A stretch of DNA of 64,000 nucleotides from positions 1 to 64,000 of the forward strand of contig NIVC01003587.1 in assembly GCA_002269645.1 (NCBI GenBank), given 5' to 3'. Source of the DNA: Macrostomum lignano (Eukaryota). Numbering within the stretch: position 1 is the stretch's first letter; the number at the start of each line of letters is the position of its first letter. Shown piece by piece: positions 1 to 23,086 of the stretch. The notes under the pieces were generated by a model. The model saw only the letters and a list, made by a program, of their open reading frames with translations. It did not search any database and was not told the DNA's origin. Position numbers and translations under genes: made by a program.

Positions 1-520
1 GATGACTCATACGACTAACCTTCAAATGACCCCATGTGACTGACCTCCAGATGACCCATATGACTGGCCTCAAATGACCCATATGAGACCTGAAATGACC
101 CATATGACTGGCCTCAATGACCCATATGACTAACCTCAAATGACCCATATGACTGACCTCAGATGACCATATGACTAACTCAAATCACCCACATGACTAG
201 ACCTTAGATGACCCATACGACTAACTTCAAATGACCCATATGACTGACCTCAGATGACCCATATGACTGACCTCAAATGACCCATATGACTGGCCTCAAA
301 TGACCCATATGACTGACCTCAAATGACCCATATGACTGGCCTCAAATGACCCATATGACTGACCTCAAATGATCCATATGACTGACCTCAAATGACCATA
401 TGACTGACCTCAAATGACCCATATGACTGACCTCAAATGACCCATATGACTGACCTCAGATGACCCATATGACTGACCTCAAATGACCCAGATGACTGGC
501 CTCAAATGACCCAGATGACA
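1..520. repeat. 23-bp minisatellite (AAATGACCCATATGACTGACCTC)n in a PSME4 intron
   Basis: Tandem unit read directly; several copies carry 1-bp deletions. Confidence 0.95.
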
Positions 521-552
521 GATGCGATCCCCCTAACCAGACCACAGCTCAC

Positions 553-10777
<10,225 letters not shown>

Positions 10778-11059
10778 GTTGCTCGAGTCGAAATCGTACG
10801 CGTGATTATTTTGATGCAGGTAGGGGGCCCGACGGACGGTGTTGGCGGCGGAGCCGTTGCTTTTGCTGGCGCTGGCGCCGCTGCTGCCGCCGCTGCCGCC
10901 AACACAGCCGACGGCGCTGTTGCATCGAAGACTTGGTACAGACAGAAAACCGAGATCTGCCGTGTTAAGTGCTTGCGAGGCATCTTGAACCGGGCATTTT
11001 TTATTTGAAAGCGTTCCGGCCTAGGCTTCTATGTACATTGTGAAGTGAGGAAGGAACTC

Positions 11060-11665
11060 TAGGGGTGTTGGGCAGGGATGAATGTACATTGTGGACTAGG
11101 GGTGCTGGGCGGGGCTGAGTGTACATTGTGGACTAGGGGTGCTGGGCGGGGCTGAGTGTACATTGTGGACTAGGGGTGCTGGGCGGGGCTGAATGTACAT
11201 TGTGGACTAGGGGTGCTGGGCGGGGCTGAATGTACATTGTGGACTAGGGGTGCTGGGCGGGGCTGAATGTACATTCTGGACTGGGGGTGCTGGGCGGGGC
11301 TGAATGTACATTGTGGACTAGGGGTGCTGTGCGGGGCTGAATGTACATTGTGGACTAGGGGTGCTGGGCGGGGCTGAATGTACATTGTGGACTAGGGGTG
11401 CTGGGCGGGGCTGAATGTACATTGTGGACTAGGGGTGCTGGGCGGGGCTGGATGTACATTCTGGACTGGGGGTGCTGGGCGGGGCTGAATGTACATTGTG
11501 GACTAGGGGTGCTGTGCGGGGCTGAATTTACATTGTGGACTAGGGGTGCTGGGCGGGGCTGAATGTACATTGTGGACTAGGGGTGCTGGGCGGGGCTGAA
11601 TGTACATTCTGGACTGGGGGTGCTGGGCGGGGCTGAATGTACATTCTGGACAAGGGGTGCTGGAC
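11060..11665. repeat. 37-bp G-rich minisatellite upstream of PSME4
   Basis: Unit GAATGTACATTGTGGACTAGGGGTGCTGGGCGGGGCT. Confidence 0.97.
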
Positions 11666-12049
11666 GGGACTGCTCCGTGTGAAAATTATAGATAATATTG
11701 GTGTTAAACACCTAACTTACTTTAAAACAAGAAAGCAAGCCTGAATTATTAGCGTAAGCGCAAAAGGATTAAGTATATTGTTTTATTAATTATTCGACTG
11801 CAATACTAAGATCCCAAGCTTTTAGCTGGATAAGAGATTAACGCATGGCTTACAGTATAGAGAGTTCGCTTGAAAATAGTACTGAATCTGTGTACACAAC
11901 ATCAACGAAAAAATTACCGATTTTACGTACTTGCGTATAACAGCTTTACGCAACAAAAAAACAGATTGTAACAAAGCTAGAAAAATTACTTTTTATAGCC
12001 GGAAAATTTGCTTTCTGCTTTCTTCGTCTACGCCGAGCTGAAATAGGTT

Positions 12050-12480
12050 TCACAGGGAGCTAGTGTACATGGAGGGGTGGGGTAGGGGTTGACAGGGAGC
12101 TATTGTACATGGAGGGGTGGGGTAGGGGTTGACAGGGAGCTAGTGTACATGGAGGGGTGGGGTAGGGGTTGACAGGGAGCTAGTGTACATGGAGGGGTGG
12201 GGTAGGGGTTGACAGGGAGCTAGTGTACATGGAGGGGTGGGGTAGGGGTTGACAGGGAGCTAGTGTACATGGAGGGTTGGGGTAGGGGTTGACAGGGAGC
12301 TATTGTACATGGAGGGGTGGGGTAGGGGTTGACAGGGAGCTAGTGTACATGGAGGGGTGGAGTAGGGGTTGACAGGGAGCTAGTGTACATGGAGGGTTGG
12401 GGTAGGGGTTGACAGGGAGCTAGTGTACATGGAGGGTTGGGGTAGGGGTTGACAGGGAGCTAGTGTACATGGAAGGGTGA
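12050..12480. repeat. 40-bp G-rich minisatellite
   Basis: Unit GACAGGGAGCTAGTGTACATGGAGGGGTGGGGTAGGGGTT. Confidence 0.97.
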
Positions 12481-13316
12481 AGTAGTGTTGGCATACCCAC
12501 CCTAAATCCATATACTAAAATCTAAACTAAAGTTTATTACACGATAGAGTAAACACTTTACAGAGGCGCAGTTGAACAGAAAATACAAAAAACTCAAATA
12601 ATCGCAAATAAAATCAACCACTAAGCGAGAAGTAACTAGTAACTTAGGAATAGTGCGCATCATTCAACCAGTTGCAAAGTTCATGGTTACAATTGCCAAA
12701 ATTTGAAGAAAAAACAAAAAAAAACATAAGATTGTGACGAATTCTAAAAAAAACTAAATAATTCTAGATCAAAATTAGAATGAGGAAAAAACTGCAAAAA
12801 TCCGATGTGGAAATGTTACACATTACAAAAGAGAAGTATCTCAATAGTGAAACGAATTGCATATAGGATTTATATTCCACCATATTTAATAGTATAGTTT
12901 AACGGTTTAGGCAAATTATGTAAACAAACAAACAAAAGTGCAAAAGGAAATATAATGGGAATATGTATCACCGTATCTATCAATTCAGACTTTTATTTAC
13001 ATTTACAATAGGAAATAAATGTTTGTAAAATTAAACAAAAAACTAAAGTTTCGATTCAATGTGCGAACAGCCTGCTCTAAGTAGTCAGTTTAAAATCTGG
13101 ATGTTTTCTTTTATAAAATTGATCAATTGTGATTTATTCTACTCGCGCATTCAAATAAAAACTTTAACAAACTAACGGTGCGGTAAGGTGTGTTGCGTTA
13201 ACCAGAGAATATTTATTTGTGAAGAGGTGCAAGGAAAAAAAACTGAATCAATTCAAGCAGTCTGAAGCTTTATATTTCATTTCGTTCCAAGAACCAAGAC
13301 AGTTTTGTGCCTACAA

Positions 13317-14975
13317 TTAATGCGCACAAACTCGTTTTCCAGGAAATCCATTGCCATTTTTCAGCAGGCCCTTCTGAGCATCATCATCCGAGCCTTTAGC
13401 GCTCAGACTGACAACCCGGTCCAGCTGGGAGTCCAGCACAGAAAAGGCGATTCCCAGTTGAGCGCCATAGTAAGTAGACATAATGACGGCATTGGCATGC
13501 GGCAGCGGCGTTACAAACTTATTCACGGCGATGCAGAAGTCGCTGACGACGAACAGGGCAGCTCCGACCGCGCCAGCGAGGCTGGTGCAGCCGCCAAGAG
13601 ACTTCTCGAATCGGACTCGAGCAACGGCCCGCCAGAACATGACGAATATTAAAGCGGTGTAAACCAGACCCACGTAGCGCATCAGGACCGAGTTGGCCCG
13701 AGGAAACACAGACAGGTAGGCGGCCACGGCAACCAGGCTGGCTGACAGGCCGACTCGGGGGCGCAGCGGCGACATGCCGAAGGCCCAGGCGTACGCCACC
13801 TAAGCATGTCATGGAAGAGTGCTGGCGATGCTAATGATGTCATGGAAGAATGTGCTGGCGATGCTAATAGTGTCATGGAAGAGTGTGCTGGCGATGCTAA
13901 TGGTGTCATGGAAGAATGTGCTGGCGAAGCTAATGATGTCATGGAAGAGTGTGCTGGCGATGCTAATGGTGTCATGGAAGAATGTGCTGGCGAAGCTAAT
14001 GATGTCATGGAAGAATGTGCTGGCGATGCTAATGGTGTCATGGAAGAATGTGCTGGCGAAGCTAATGATGTCATGGAAGAATGTGCTGGCGATGCTAATG
14101 GTGTCATGGAAGAATGTGCTGGCGAAGCTAATGATGTTATGGAAGAATGTGCTGGCGATGCTAATGGTGTCATGGAAGAGTGTGCTGACGATGCTAATGG
14201 TGTCATGGAAGAATGTGCTGGCGAAGCTAATGACGTCATGGAAGAATGTGCTGGCGATGCTAATGGTGTCATGGAAGAATGTGCTGGCGATGCTAATGGT
14301 GTCATGGAAGAATGTGCTGGGCATGCTAATGGTGTCATGGAAGAATGTGCTGGCGATGCTAATGATGTCATGGAAGAATGTGCTGGCGATGCTAATGATG
14401 CCATGGAAGAATGTGCTGGCGATGCTAATGGTGTCATGGAAGGATGTGCTGGCGATGCTAATGGTGTCATGGAAGAATGTGCTGGAGATGCTAATGGTGT
14501 CATGGAAGAATGTGCTGGCGATGCTAATGGTGTCATGGAAGAGTGTGCTGGCGATGCTAATGGTGTCATGGAAGAGTGTGCTGGCGATGCTAATGGTGTC
14601 ATGGAAGAATGTGGTAAGCTTTGTTATGCTAATGATGTGGCATAGGGAAATTTGGTATGCTAAGAAGCAGCATAAAGACAGCAAACTTACCTGAGCAACA
14701 GCAAACAGGCACATGCCAAACAGAAAGAATCCGTCAAACACGAGAGCGATATCGCCAAGCAGCGAGAAGCACAGGCCAATTAGAATTCGCCTGTTATAAG
14801 CATAGGCATCGCTCAGGCTCAGGCCGTGGCTGATCACAAAGCCAATCAGACAGCAGATTGGAATGCATTTGAACAGCAGGTAGAGCAGATGGCCCGGCGA
14901 CTTTTCGGGGAACAGGATGAAGAAAATGGCCGCCGATTTCAGGAATGGCACTAGACGGGGTCCGGCACTTTTTAA
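13317..14975 (-). CDS. TMEM86A: Lysoplasmalogenase-like protein, YhhN/TMEM86 family (first exon not located)
   Basis: Exons 14691-14975 (LKSAGPRLVPFLK..FKCIPI..GLCFSLLGDIALV..GMCLFAVAQ) and 13317-13799 (YAWAFG..LVYTALI..MFWRAVAR..GAALFVVSDFCIAVNKF..IMSTYYGAQLGIA); phase-0 GT-AG junction. Confidence 0.88.
13806..14630. repeat. 33-bp minisatellite filling the TMEM86 intron
   Basis: Unit ATGGAAGAATGTGCTGGCGATGCTAATGGTGTC; stop-free in several frames. Confidence 0.97.
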
Positions 14976-15374
14976 CTACAATAATAATAAATTAACGATA
15001 AGTAAGTAATTTAAATTATAAATTGTTTGTTACATTTAGCACCAAAGCACTTGACTACTAGGACAAGCACTTGACAGAAAGCAAAAATTGAAAATTAATA
15101 TTACCTACAATAATAAAAACCAAATTAAAAGCCTATAGGTGCCTCAACAAAAGTTCTTTAAACTTGCAATTTATTTACCTACCTCTTATACACTATTATC
15201 ATTTTATTCATAATCAGTGCTATAAGGCAAAGTAACTTGTATAAAATTATTAGAAATATTTATAAATATAGAATTGAAGTGAGAGGAAAGAGAATAAAGA
15301 AGAGAAAAGAAGGAAAAAAATAAAAGATAAGAAGGGAGGGAATGGGTAGGCAGAACAAAGTCAAAAACATACAT

Positions 15375-15535
15375 GCACAACTTTAGGAATCACCCAGTGG
15401 TTTTTATTGGCAACACACACACATGTAAGTCGCTATTGGCTAAGAGCAGTCATGTGACTACTATTTTATCCAATAGTGACATCATGTGTGTGTTGCCAAT
15501 AGAAATGACCCTGGTGAATCCCAAGGTTGCACCCA
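15375..15535. repeat. Imperfect foldback (inverted repeat), possibly an old MITE
   Basis: TATTGGCAACACACACACATG..CTATTGG mirrors CCAATAG..CATGTGTGTGTTGCCAATA; flanks pair imperfectly. Confidence 0.6.
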
Positions 15536-17279
15536 AGCACAAGCATGGTCAAAAAGGCAATCAAATTGATAGGCATTAAGTGCCATAGATACATTCTATA
15601 CTAGGCCTTATCTATAGAATACTGTTCATATTTGCATTTTTACTCTATCTATGACATTCTTAGTAAATGTTGTTAGTTAATGGTATATGGCAACCATAAA
15701 AAAAGTTATCGTGATTTTTGAAAAATTGATATAGGATCTACAGATAATATGAGAAATTTTTTTTTATGATAGAACTCTAATTAAAATGTCATTTAGACAT
15801 TTTTTAAAAAATTATATTCTACTTTAAATACTAATAATATATTTGTTTTTTTGAATTATAAAAATTGCTAAAACATGTTATATATAGAAAAATAATAAAT
15901 TATTGATCATAGGTCAATAAGTTATAATTATTATTGATTTTGATATTTGCAATTGTATAGGCCTCTTATACTTACAATTACAAAGATAGGCTTATTTATC
16001 ATAAATCAAGATAACAATATAAAAGTAATTTAAAACTAGGCCTATATTTTATTAAATTTAAAAGCTATATTTTACCCCACACTTAAATACACAACTGCCA
16101 TGTCTATAATGTTAGAGCTTATAAATAAACATGGCAAGTGATAGCCATGTCTATAATAGGATATATCTTAAACTAAAGATAAAGCAGCCTATATAGTATT
16201 AATATCCATGTTGTTATTATTGACTTAACACTTAGAGACAAAGAAAAAACTTAGACAAAAAGGTGGCAATGTTCCCAATATATAATCTATTTAATACTAG
16301 AGATTATGGCTATTTCTTTGTTACCAAAATATAAAGCCATGGTACATTGTATGCTTAATATTATAAACATGTAGATATATCTATAAGCTCCAAAACCCTA
16401 CTTCCAAATCTTACATATATGCCAAAAAATTCTAGCCATATACTAGCACAGTGGAGCATAAATTTATTATGATATAGTTGTTATAATATGCTAGGTATTA
16501 TATGACAAGCATATTTTCAAGTCATTTATACAAAGGAATTTTCTAGCATATATATATAAGATTTAGGAGTGGGGCTCCAACATGATAGACATAACAGTAT
16601 AATATATTTAGTTTTTATAGTTGGGTCAAATAATTTTAATCTATACTCATTTCAACCATAATGCAATGCAATGCAATGGCTAGGTATCTACCTGCACTGA
16701 CAACAATATTTCTAAATCAGTGATCTTTAAAAGCTAACCAAATTATGTCATTTATATTTTTATGTTAAAGGCTAGTTGGAATGAAATCAATTGATAGAGT
16801 TTTTGAAGCTCACCTTTGCAAATTCATATGTGGAGGTATTTTCTAAGGAACCAATTTGGAAACATCCTAAATGGCTATATTGGACACAATATTATTGTTA
16901 ATGCTAAAGACTGTTTTGTGAACTTTGTGACATTTGATAATAAAATGTCAAAATGTTTGATAATAAACCGATTTGGTGGTTAACCAAGGAAGTTGCAAAA
17001 ATGCCCACCCAAAAGAATACCCCAAGTAGTAGTACTAAGTAGCTGACGAGGCATTCTTGCTTAGTAAGACAGTTATAGTTACTCTTGCTGTTTACCCAAA
17101 GTTGCAATTATTTTGCTTTAAGGTTTTTTTACATGTAAGTTGCATTTTTGGCCAAAAACTACGTTGCATTTTTGTTAAAACTAAGTTGTACAGCCGACTG
17201 AATTTTCAAGGTTGCGCATGTATGTGATTGGAAAATGATGCTATGTAGTCTTGTGGGATCTCTGCAGTCCAACCAAGCC

Positions 17280-19345
17280 AATAGATCTGCAATATAGCGC
17301 CCTCACCAAGCACCTTCAAAAGTATTTCAAACCAAAAAAGCCAGTAATTGCTAAATAGTTCAAGTTCTACAAGCAAACACAAAAGGACAAAGAGACAGCT
17401 GCTCAATTTCTGGCTGCACTGTGGAATCTGGCTGATTGGAGGGTTTGGAGGGTTTCAAGAAGAAGCTCTCCGAGACTGTTTCATCTGCAGTCTTTGGGAC
17501 TAGTGGACCTAGCAACAACTCTTGATAGAGGAGAATCTCACATTGGATGCAGCCAAGAAAATTGCCCTTGCTATAGAGATTGCAAAGTTGGAAACTGAGC
17601 AATGGAAATTGAGCTCAAAGGTCAGCTCAGTCTAGCAGGTAGCACTAGACTCAAAGGCATACTATAGGTGTGGATTCAAAGGCCACCTGTTGATAGCCTA
17701 CCACTTCAGGACTATAAAGTGCCACAACTGCGGGAAAGTTGGACACCTATAGAAAGTTTGTTGCTCAGCCAAGAAAGCCTCCAATATAATGAAAGCTGGA
17801 TAGCCAAAGAACGGACCAGCACATGCAATGCAAACGGAAGAGAAAGCAAAAACAGGCTGGATTTTGCAAGTCACTGTATTGGCCAAGAAGATCAGTGTAA
17901 GCCTACAGGTCAATGACCAGTCCCTCACCATGCAGCTAGACACTGGTGCCTGCATCAGCCTTGTACCAGAGTTGGTATGGAAGCAGCTCAGCCGACCTCC
18001 ACTGATACCAACATGCCTGTGACTCTGGGCCTAGACAGGTGAGCCAATACAAGTCAAGAAAATAGCCAAGGTCATTCTAAACTATAACAGAAGACAGCAT
18101 GATAAGCTGCTGCTAATGGTCACCAATCAGACCAGAGCCTACTTATTGCTAGGATGCAATTGGCTAGAAAAAGTGCAGCTCAACTGGACTTAGTTGTTTG
18201 CCAACCAGATCAGCTAGGCGTTGGTGCAGAATAGCAAGTCTCTTGACCAGATGCTAGAGAAGTTTGCTAATGTTTTCAATGAGAGCCTGGGGCAGTTGAA
18301 GGATCAGACAGTTGTACTGAGACTCAAAAGTGATGCATAGCCTTGATTCTACAAGGCCAGACCCGTACCATTCGCAGTGCGGGACAAGCTGGAGCTTGAG
18401 CTCTAGGACATGCTCAATAAAGGCATTATCTGCCCAGTGACCTATAGCGAATGGGCTACACTAGTGGTTCTGGTACTCAAGGCAGATGGCTTAGTTCGAC
18501 TATGAGGCAACTATAAACTGACATTGAACCCTCAGCTCCACATTGACCAATACCCGCTGCCAATGCCTAAAGAGCTTTAGGAGCAGATGGGACAGGGTCA
18601 GCTGTTCTAAAAACTCAATCTATCACAATGTAATCTTCAGTTTCCACTTGACAAAGAGAGCTATAAGCTAATGACCATCAACATGTATAAAGGGCTTTTT
18701 GAATATTTCCAGTTGCCATTTGGTGTCAGTTCAGTTCAGTTTGGATCATTAGTTGTTGATGACAATTTTTGGACCAAAGGTTAACATCTTCCTAACTGCA
18801 GCAGGGGGACTTCAGAGAAAGGCACTGTTACTATTAGGGTACAGCTACAGCATCTGGCTCCACAAGACTGCTCAGCATAGCAATGCAGATGGCCTGTCTC
18901 ACTTGCCCCTGCAGATGAAGGATGATAGCCTAGACAATGACAATCGGGTCTGTCAGCTAATGGGCAAGTTCCCTTTGATGGTAACAGATGTAGCGGCAGC
19001 AACAAAGCGAGATGACAAGCTCCAATATGTTTTCCAGATAATAATGACTGGCTGGCCAGAGTCAGTTCCACCACAGCTCAAGCCCTACTTTTGTTGTTGA
19101 CTAGAACTAAGCATGGAAGATGGCTGTATGATCTGGGGAACTCGCATATTGGTTTTAGAAGCATTGCGACCTAGAGTTCTGCATGAGTTACATGTGGAAC
19201 ATTTCGGTAAGGCCTAGATGAAAAGTGTTGCCAGAACCTTTGTCTGGTGGCCAGGAATGAATGCTGTCATTAAGTTGGTTGCCAGTAGCTGCCAATACTA
19301 CCAATCTGTTAAGCTAAATCCAGTGCTGGCTCCACTGCACCCGCC
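17280..19345 (+). mobile_element. Degenerate Ty3/gypsy LTR retrotransposon internal region
   Basis: Gag (FKPKKPVIA, CHNCGKVGHL*KVC knuckle), protease LDTGACISLV, RT N-terminus (ARPVPFAVRDKLE, SEWATLVV, DQYPLP, LPFGVSS), then an internal deletion, NADGLSHLPL and the integrase zinc-binding region (ELHVEHFG..ARTFVWWPGM..C). Many stops; no LTRs recognised. Confidence 0.9.
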
Positions 19346-22300
19346 ACCCGTGGGTAAAGCTGCAAAAACTATAAACCAATTCTAGGCGACGCCCTCCCTT
19401 CACTTTTGTCTCACAATCCCCCCAGTTAAATGGACATATGTTTTATATTGTAGGGTGATTGTAAGACAAAATTGAGCTCAGTTTCATCTTGCAATCACCT
19501 AGGCATTTCCGCCAATTAGGCACTATCGGAAAATTACACTTCAACAAACAGAAAATGATGAATTGTAGCTTAAGCCAGCTAATTGAAGTCAAACAAGGAC
19601 TTAAACTGAAAAATACAACCACTTTTGCTCAATTTAAAGCTATTTAAAGATTGTTAATCGCAAAATTAATGTTGAATAAACCATTTTAAACTTACGTAGA
19701 CGCCACTTTTTTGGATGTCCAAACACAGAATTTTTAACTTCAACATTGAATAAAAGAGCGAAAAAAACATTTTTAATAGTAATTGTCTTTGTTTCATGAA
19801 AAAAACACATTAAACTTTGTTAAAATCATTCCTTTTCGTCACAACACCTGCAAGAAGTCATTGATTTTTGTCAGTTTTCTTGCTATACCAAACATTATAA
19901 ACGGTAAGTTTTTGTATCGTTTGTACTCATGTTGTACCCTCTCATTTACTCATAAAGCTTTCAATCTACACGTTTTTTAGCTTAAATGAAGGAAAACATC
20001 TTTGCGATGATGTATCAGTATATTTTTTAGCAATAGAATTTACTTAATACATTTTTCTAAGACATTAATTTTTTTTTGATGTGACATCTTAACCACAAGA
20101 TTGTACTCATGTTGTACCCAATAAATTTTTTTAGTGCTTTTCATTAGCTGAAAACGATATATTTATGGATTGCCGACATACAGAGCTTCACATAAAGTGG
20201 TCTGCCGAACCTTAATCTGTCAAAATACCTTAAATATTAACATTTAAATGTAGTAAGCACACTACTTACACGAGATGTATTTTCATGTTGTACCCTTTAT
20301 TTTATTTTTCGCTAGTTTTTTTTCTCAAAATCAGTCTTACAAGACTATCATTAAGTATAAAAGCTGGAAAATAAAACAGTTTCACATTAATTTCTTGTTT
20401 ATTTATCAATTAAAATGTAATTTACATTTTGCACTATAGTATGTAGATATTAATTTACATAGTACTAAATCAATTTTCCCCACATTTACTTGTAATATTG
20501 CTTCAGAAAAACTTTCTCTAGATTGTGGAAGCATATGCATTTCTTGCTGCTTGCAAAGTTGCACTGGAACTTCTGAATAATTACAGTGATCGGCTAGTTA
20601 CTGAAAAGTAAAATTAGAGATTTACGTTCGGTATATCGCGCAGAAAAAAACATTTTGACAAAGTTAAAAAATATCGTATGAACTTATCGCAAAAATAACA
20701 AAATCTGAATTAAAAAGTTGATTAAAAGCATTAAGAAACAATTAAAAAATTATTGACTGAAAGAAAGTTAGTTATAAGCAAGCAATTATGCCTCAATATA
20801 AAATTTTATGCTCCTACGGTATTAATCGTCTTCTTAGATCAGTATAACTTTTATTGGCAACTTTTATTGTTACCAGAAAATTTCTTGTGCTTCTACAAGA
20901 TAAAAAAAGAAATTTAATAACAAATTCTAGTTAGATTTCCTGTTTTCAACATTTTTCTTCTTCTTTGCACACTCGGACACAATTTGTGTCCCTATTTGGC
21001 AGAAATGCCCACCTACATAATTTCACCATTTAAATGATTATATGATGAAAGTGAATGTAAGCTATGCATTTCTATAAGATGCAAGATTTGATACTACAAT
21101 AAAAATATGCTTATAAGTGGTCCTATTTTAAAGTTTGATTTTAAGAGCAGTTTTAACTATGGGGGTCTTCTATGGGGGATTATATAACAAAAGTCCTGAC
21201 TCCCATAGGCATAGGGATAGTGCTATGTGATTGTAAAATGAAAGAATGCCCTATAGCCTTTAAGCCTTATTTTAAAATATATCAAAATATTACTATGAGT
21301 ATCATGTAGGTCTATTTCAATAAAAATGATTTACCATAAAAAACTGAATTTATACTAATAATATGGCTATTGATAGCATTGTGCCAATCCGCAATCCCCA
21401 ATGCATATATAGTCAAAACAACAAGAAAACTTACAGCGTTGCATATGTGAGTCATTTAATCTTTTTATTTTAGAAATTTCTGATGATATGAACAATGTAA
21501 ACTGTTGAACTGCTAGGTGTACTAGGCTTAATTGTTAATTGTATTGTAACAACAATGTCAATGTTGGCCTTATTTTTTTAATGTTAGTAATGAGAAATAA
21601 AAAGCCTCTATTCTCTTTGGATGGGTTTACCTAAAACAAGGGCTGCGAAATAATATTTCGACTACGAAAAACTTATAATAGCCTAGCACCAAACAAACGT
21701 GCTGAACCTTATTTCCAGTCTATTATCTATGTGACAGTGTAAAGATAGTGACGCACGTACTTCTTTTAAGTCAGATGACTGACTTGACTTACGTTAGTTT
21801 CAAATATATTATGCTAAAATTAAAAGCAACTTTACAAAAATATTTTTAAAAAAGTTAAAAACCTAATCGTTCGTATCACAAAACGCTTTTTACTAAATTT
21901 GTTTAATTTTGTTTAATTTTATAAACTGCGTTTATTGTGGGTTAATTTTAATTTGTAGAAAAAAATGAACCGCTTTTCAGTTGTTTATTCATTTACTGTC
22001 TTTTAATTCCCTATTTAAATCGTCGTTATTCGTAAAGTTCTTTCGAAGTTTTGTTTATGTTCGTTTTTCACGCTTTGATATATCACGCGCTTTCAAAAAT
22101 ACTACATCTTTTTTACAAACTCGCTTACCAAAGTAATCTCGCAATTAAAGCTATACCTCGTAATTTGTACTCATTTTTGTATTAATATTTATACTCGTTA
22201 TTAGTTGTTAGTCGTCACTTTTCGTCCAAAAATACCGTAAAAATTCTGGCGCGCTTTCAAATACTTTATCTTCTACAATAACTCGGCAATATCGTCTTTA

Positions 22301-23086
22301 TAAACTTCTATTTCGAAAATTTTTCCAAATACATAGCTCTATAATATATTGGCCAAACAGGCTAATTGCCTGAGCCAAATTCTCTTACTACTACTACCTG
22401 CGTGCGGCGCGCGCTATCCTTTCAAAAAGGTCTAATTCGTACAGTTCTGGTTCCTTGCCTTGGACCCTTACTCTTGGCTTAACTTTTAGTTAGCCGCCTT
22501 GTTTGTATTAGGCCTGTAGCTGTAGATTTTGTTCTATACTGACTAGTTATATGCCTAACTGTATAACATGTTTAGAACTTAAATGTTTACTTCTTATTGG
22601 CACCTGGTAAAATGTGGAATCTGGAATGGTAAAATGCAGAATTACTGCAGATTCCACTAACTGTTATTAAAATGGAAATGCAGGGTAGTTGAAGTCAACT
22701 ATGAACTATATTAATCTTTTAATAATAAAGCCTTCAAAATTTGACCAACTAGGCCTACAGAGAAAATTATGCCTATGGTAGGCCTAGGGCCTAATATTTT
22801 CAACATCTATCAGCCATATTAGGCCTATTTACGAGAGAACCTATATTTACTACTGTGAGTAGGCCTAATAGATGCTGCTATTTCTAGTTTAGTTTGCCCC
22901 AATATAGAATCATACTAATATTTCTTTATATAGGGCCTATCTTTTTTATATTACATGGTTACATTGCTATCCAAAAATTGTAGGACTAGCTTATATATTT
23001 TTTACTTCCAGTAAGGTCTAGTGGATTCTGCAGTTCATTCCACAATTTACCTTACCATCATTAGCATTGTAGATTTTGCATTTTAC

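Noticed and set aside
13682-14951. 280-380 aa repetitive ORFs on both strands
   Set aside because: The 33-bp unit is stop-free in several frames and lies inside a clean GT-AG TMEM86 intron.
19921-20300. CATGTTGTACC motif repeated at ~180-bp spacing
   Set aside because: Only three copies with unrelated spacers; most likely subterminal motifs of a decayed DNA element.
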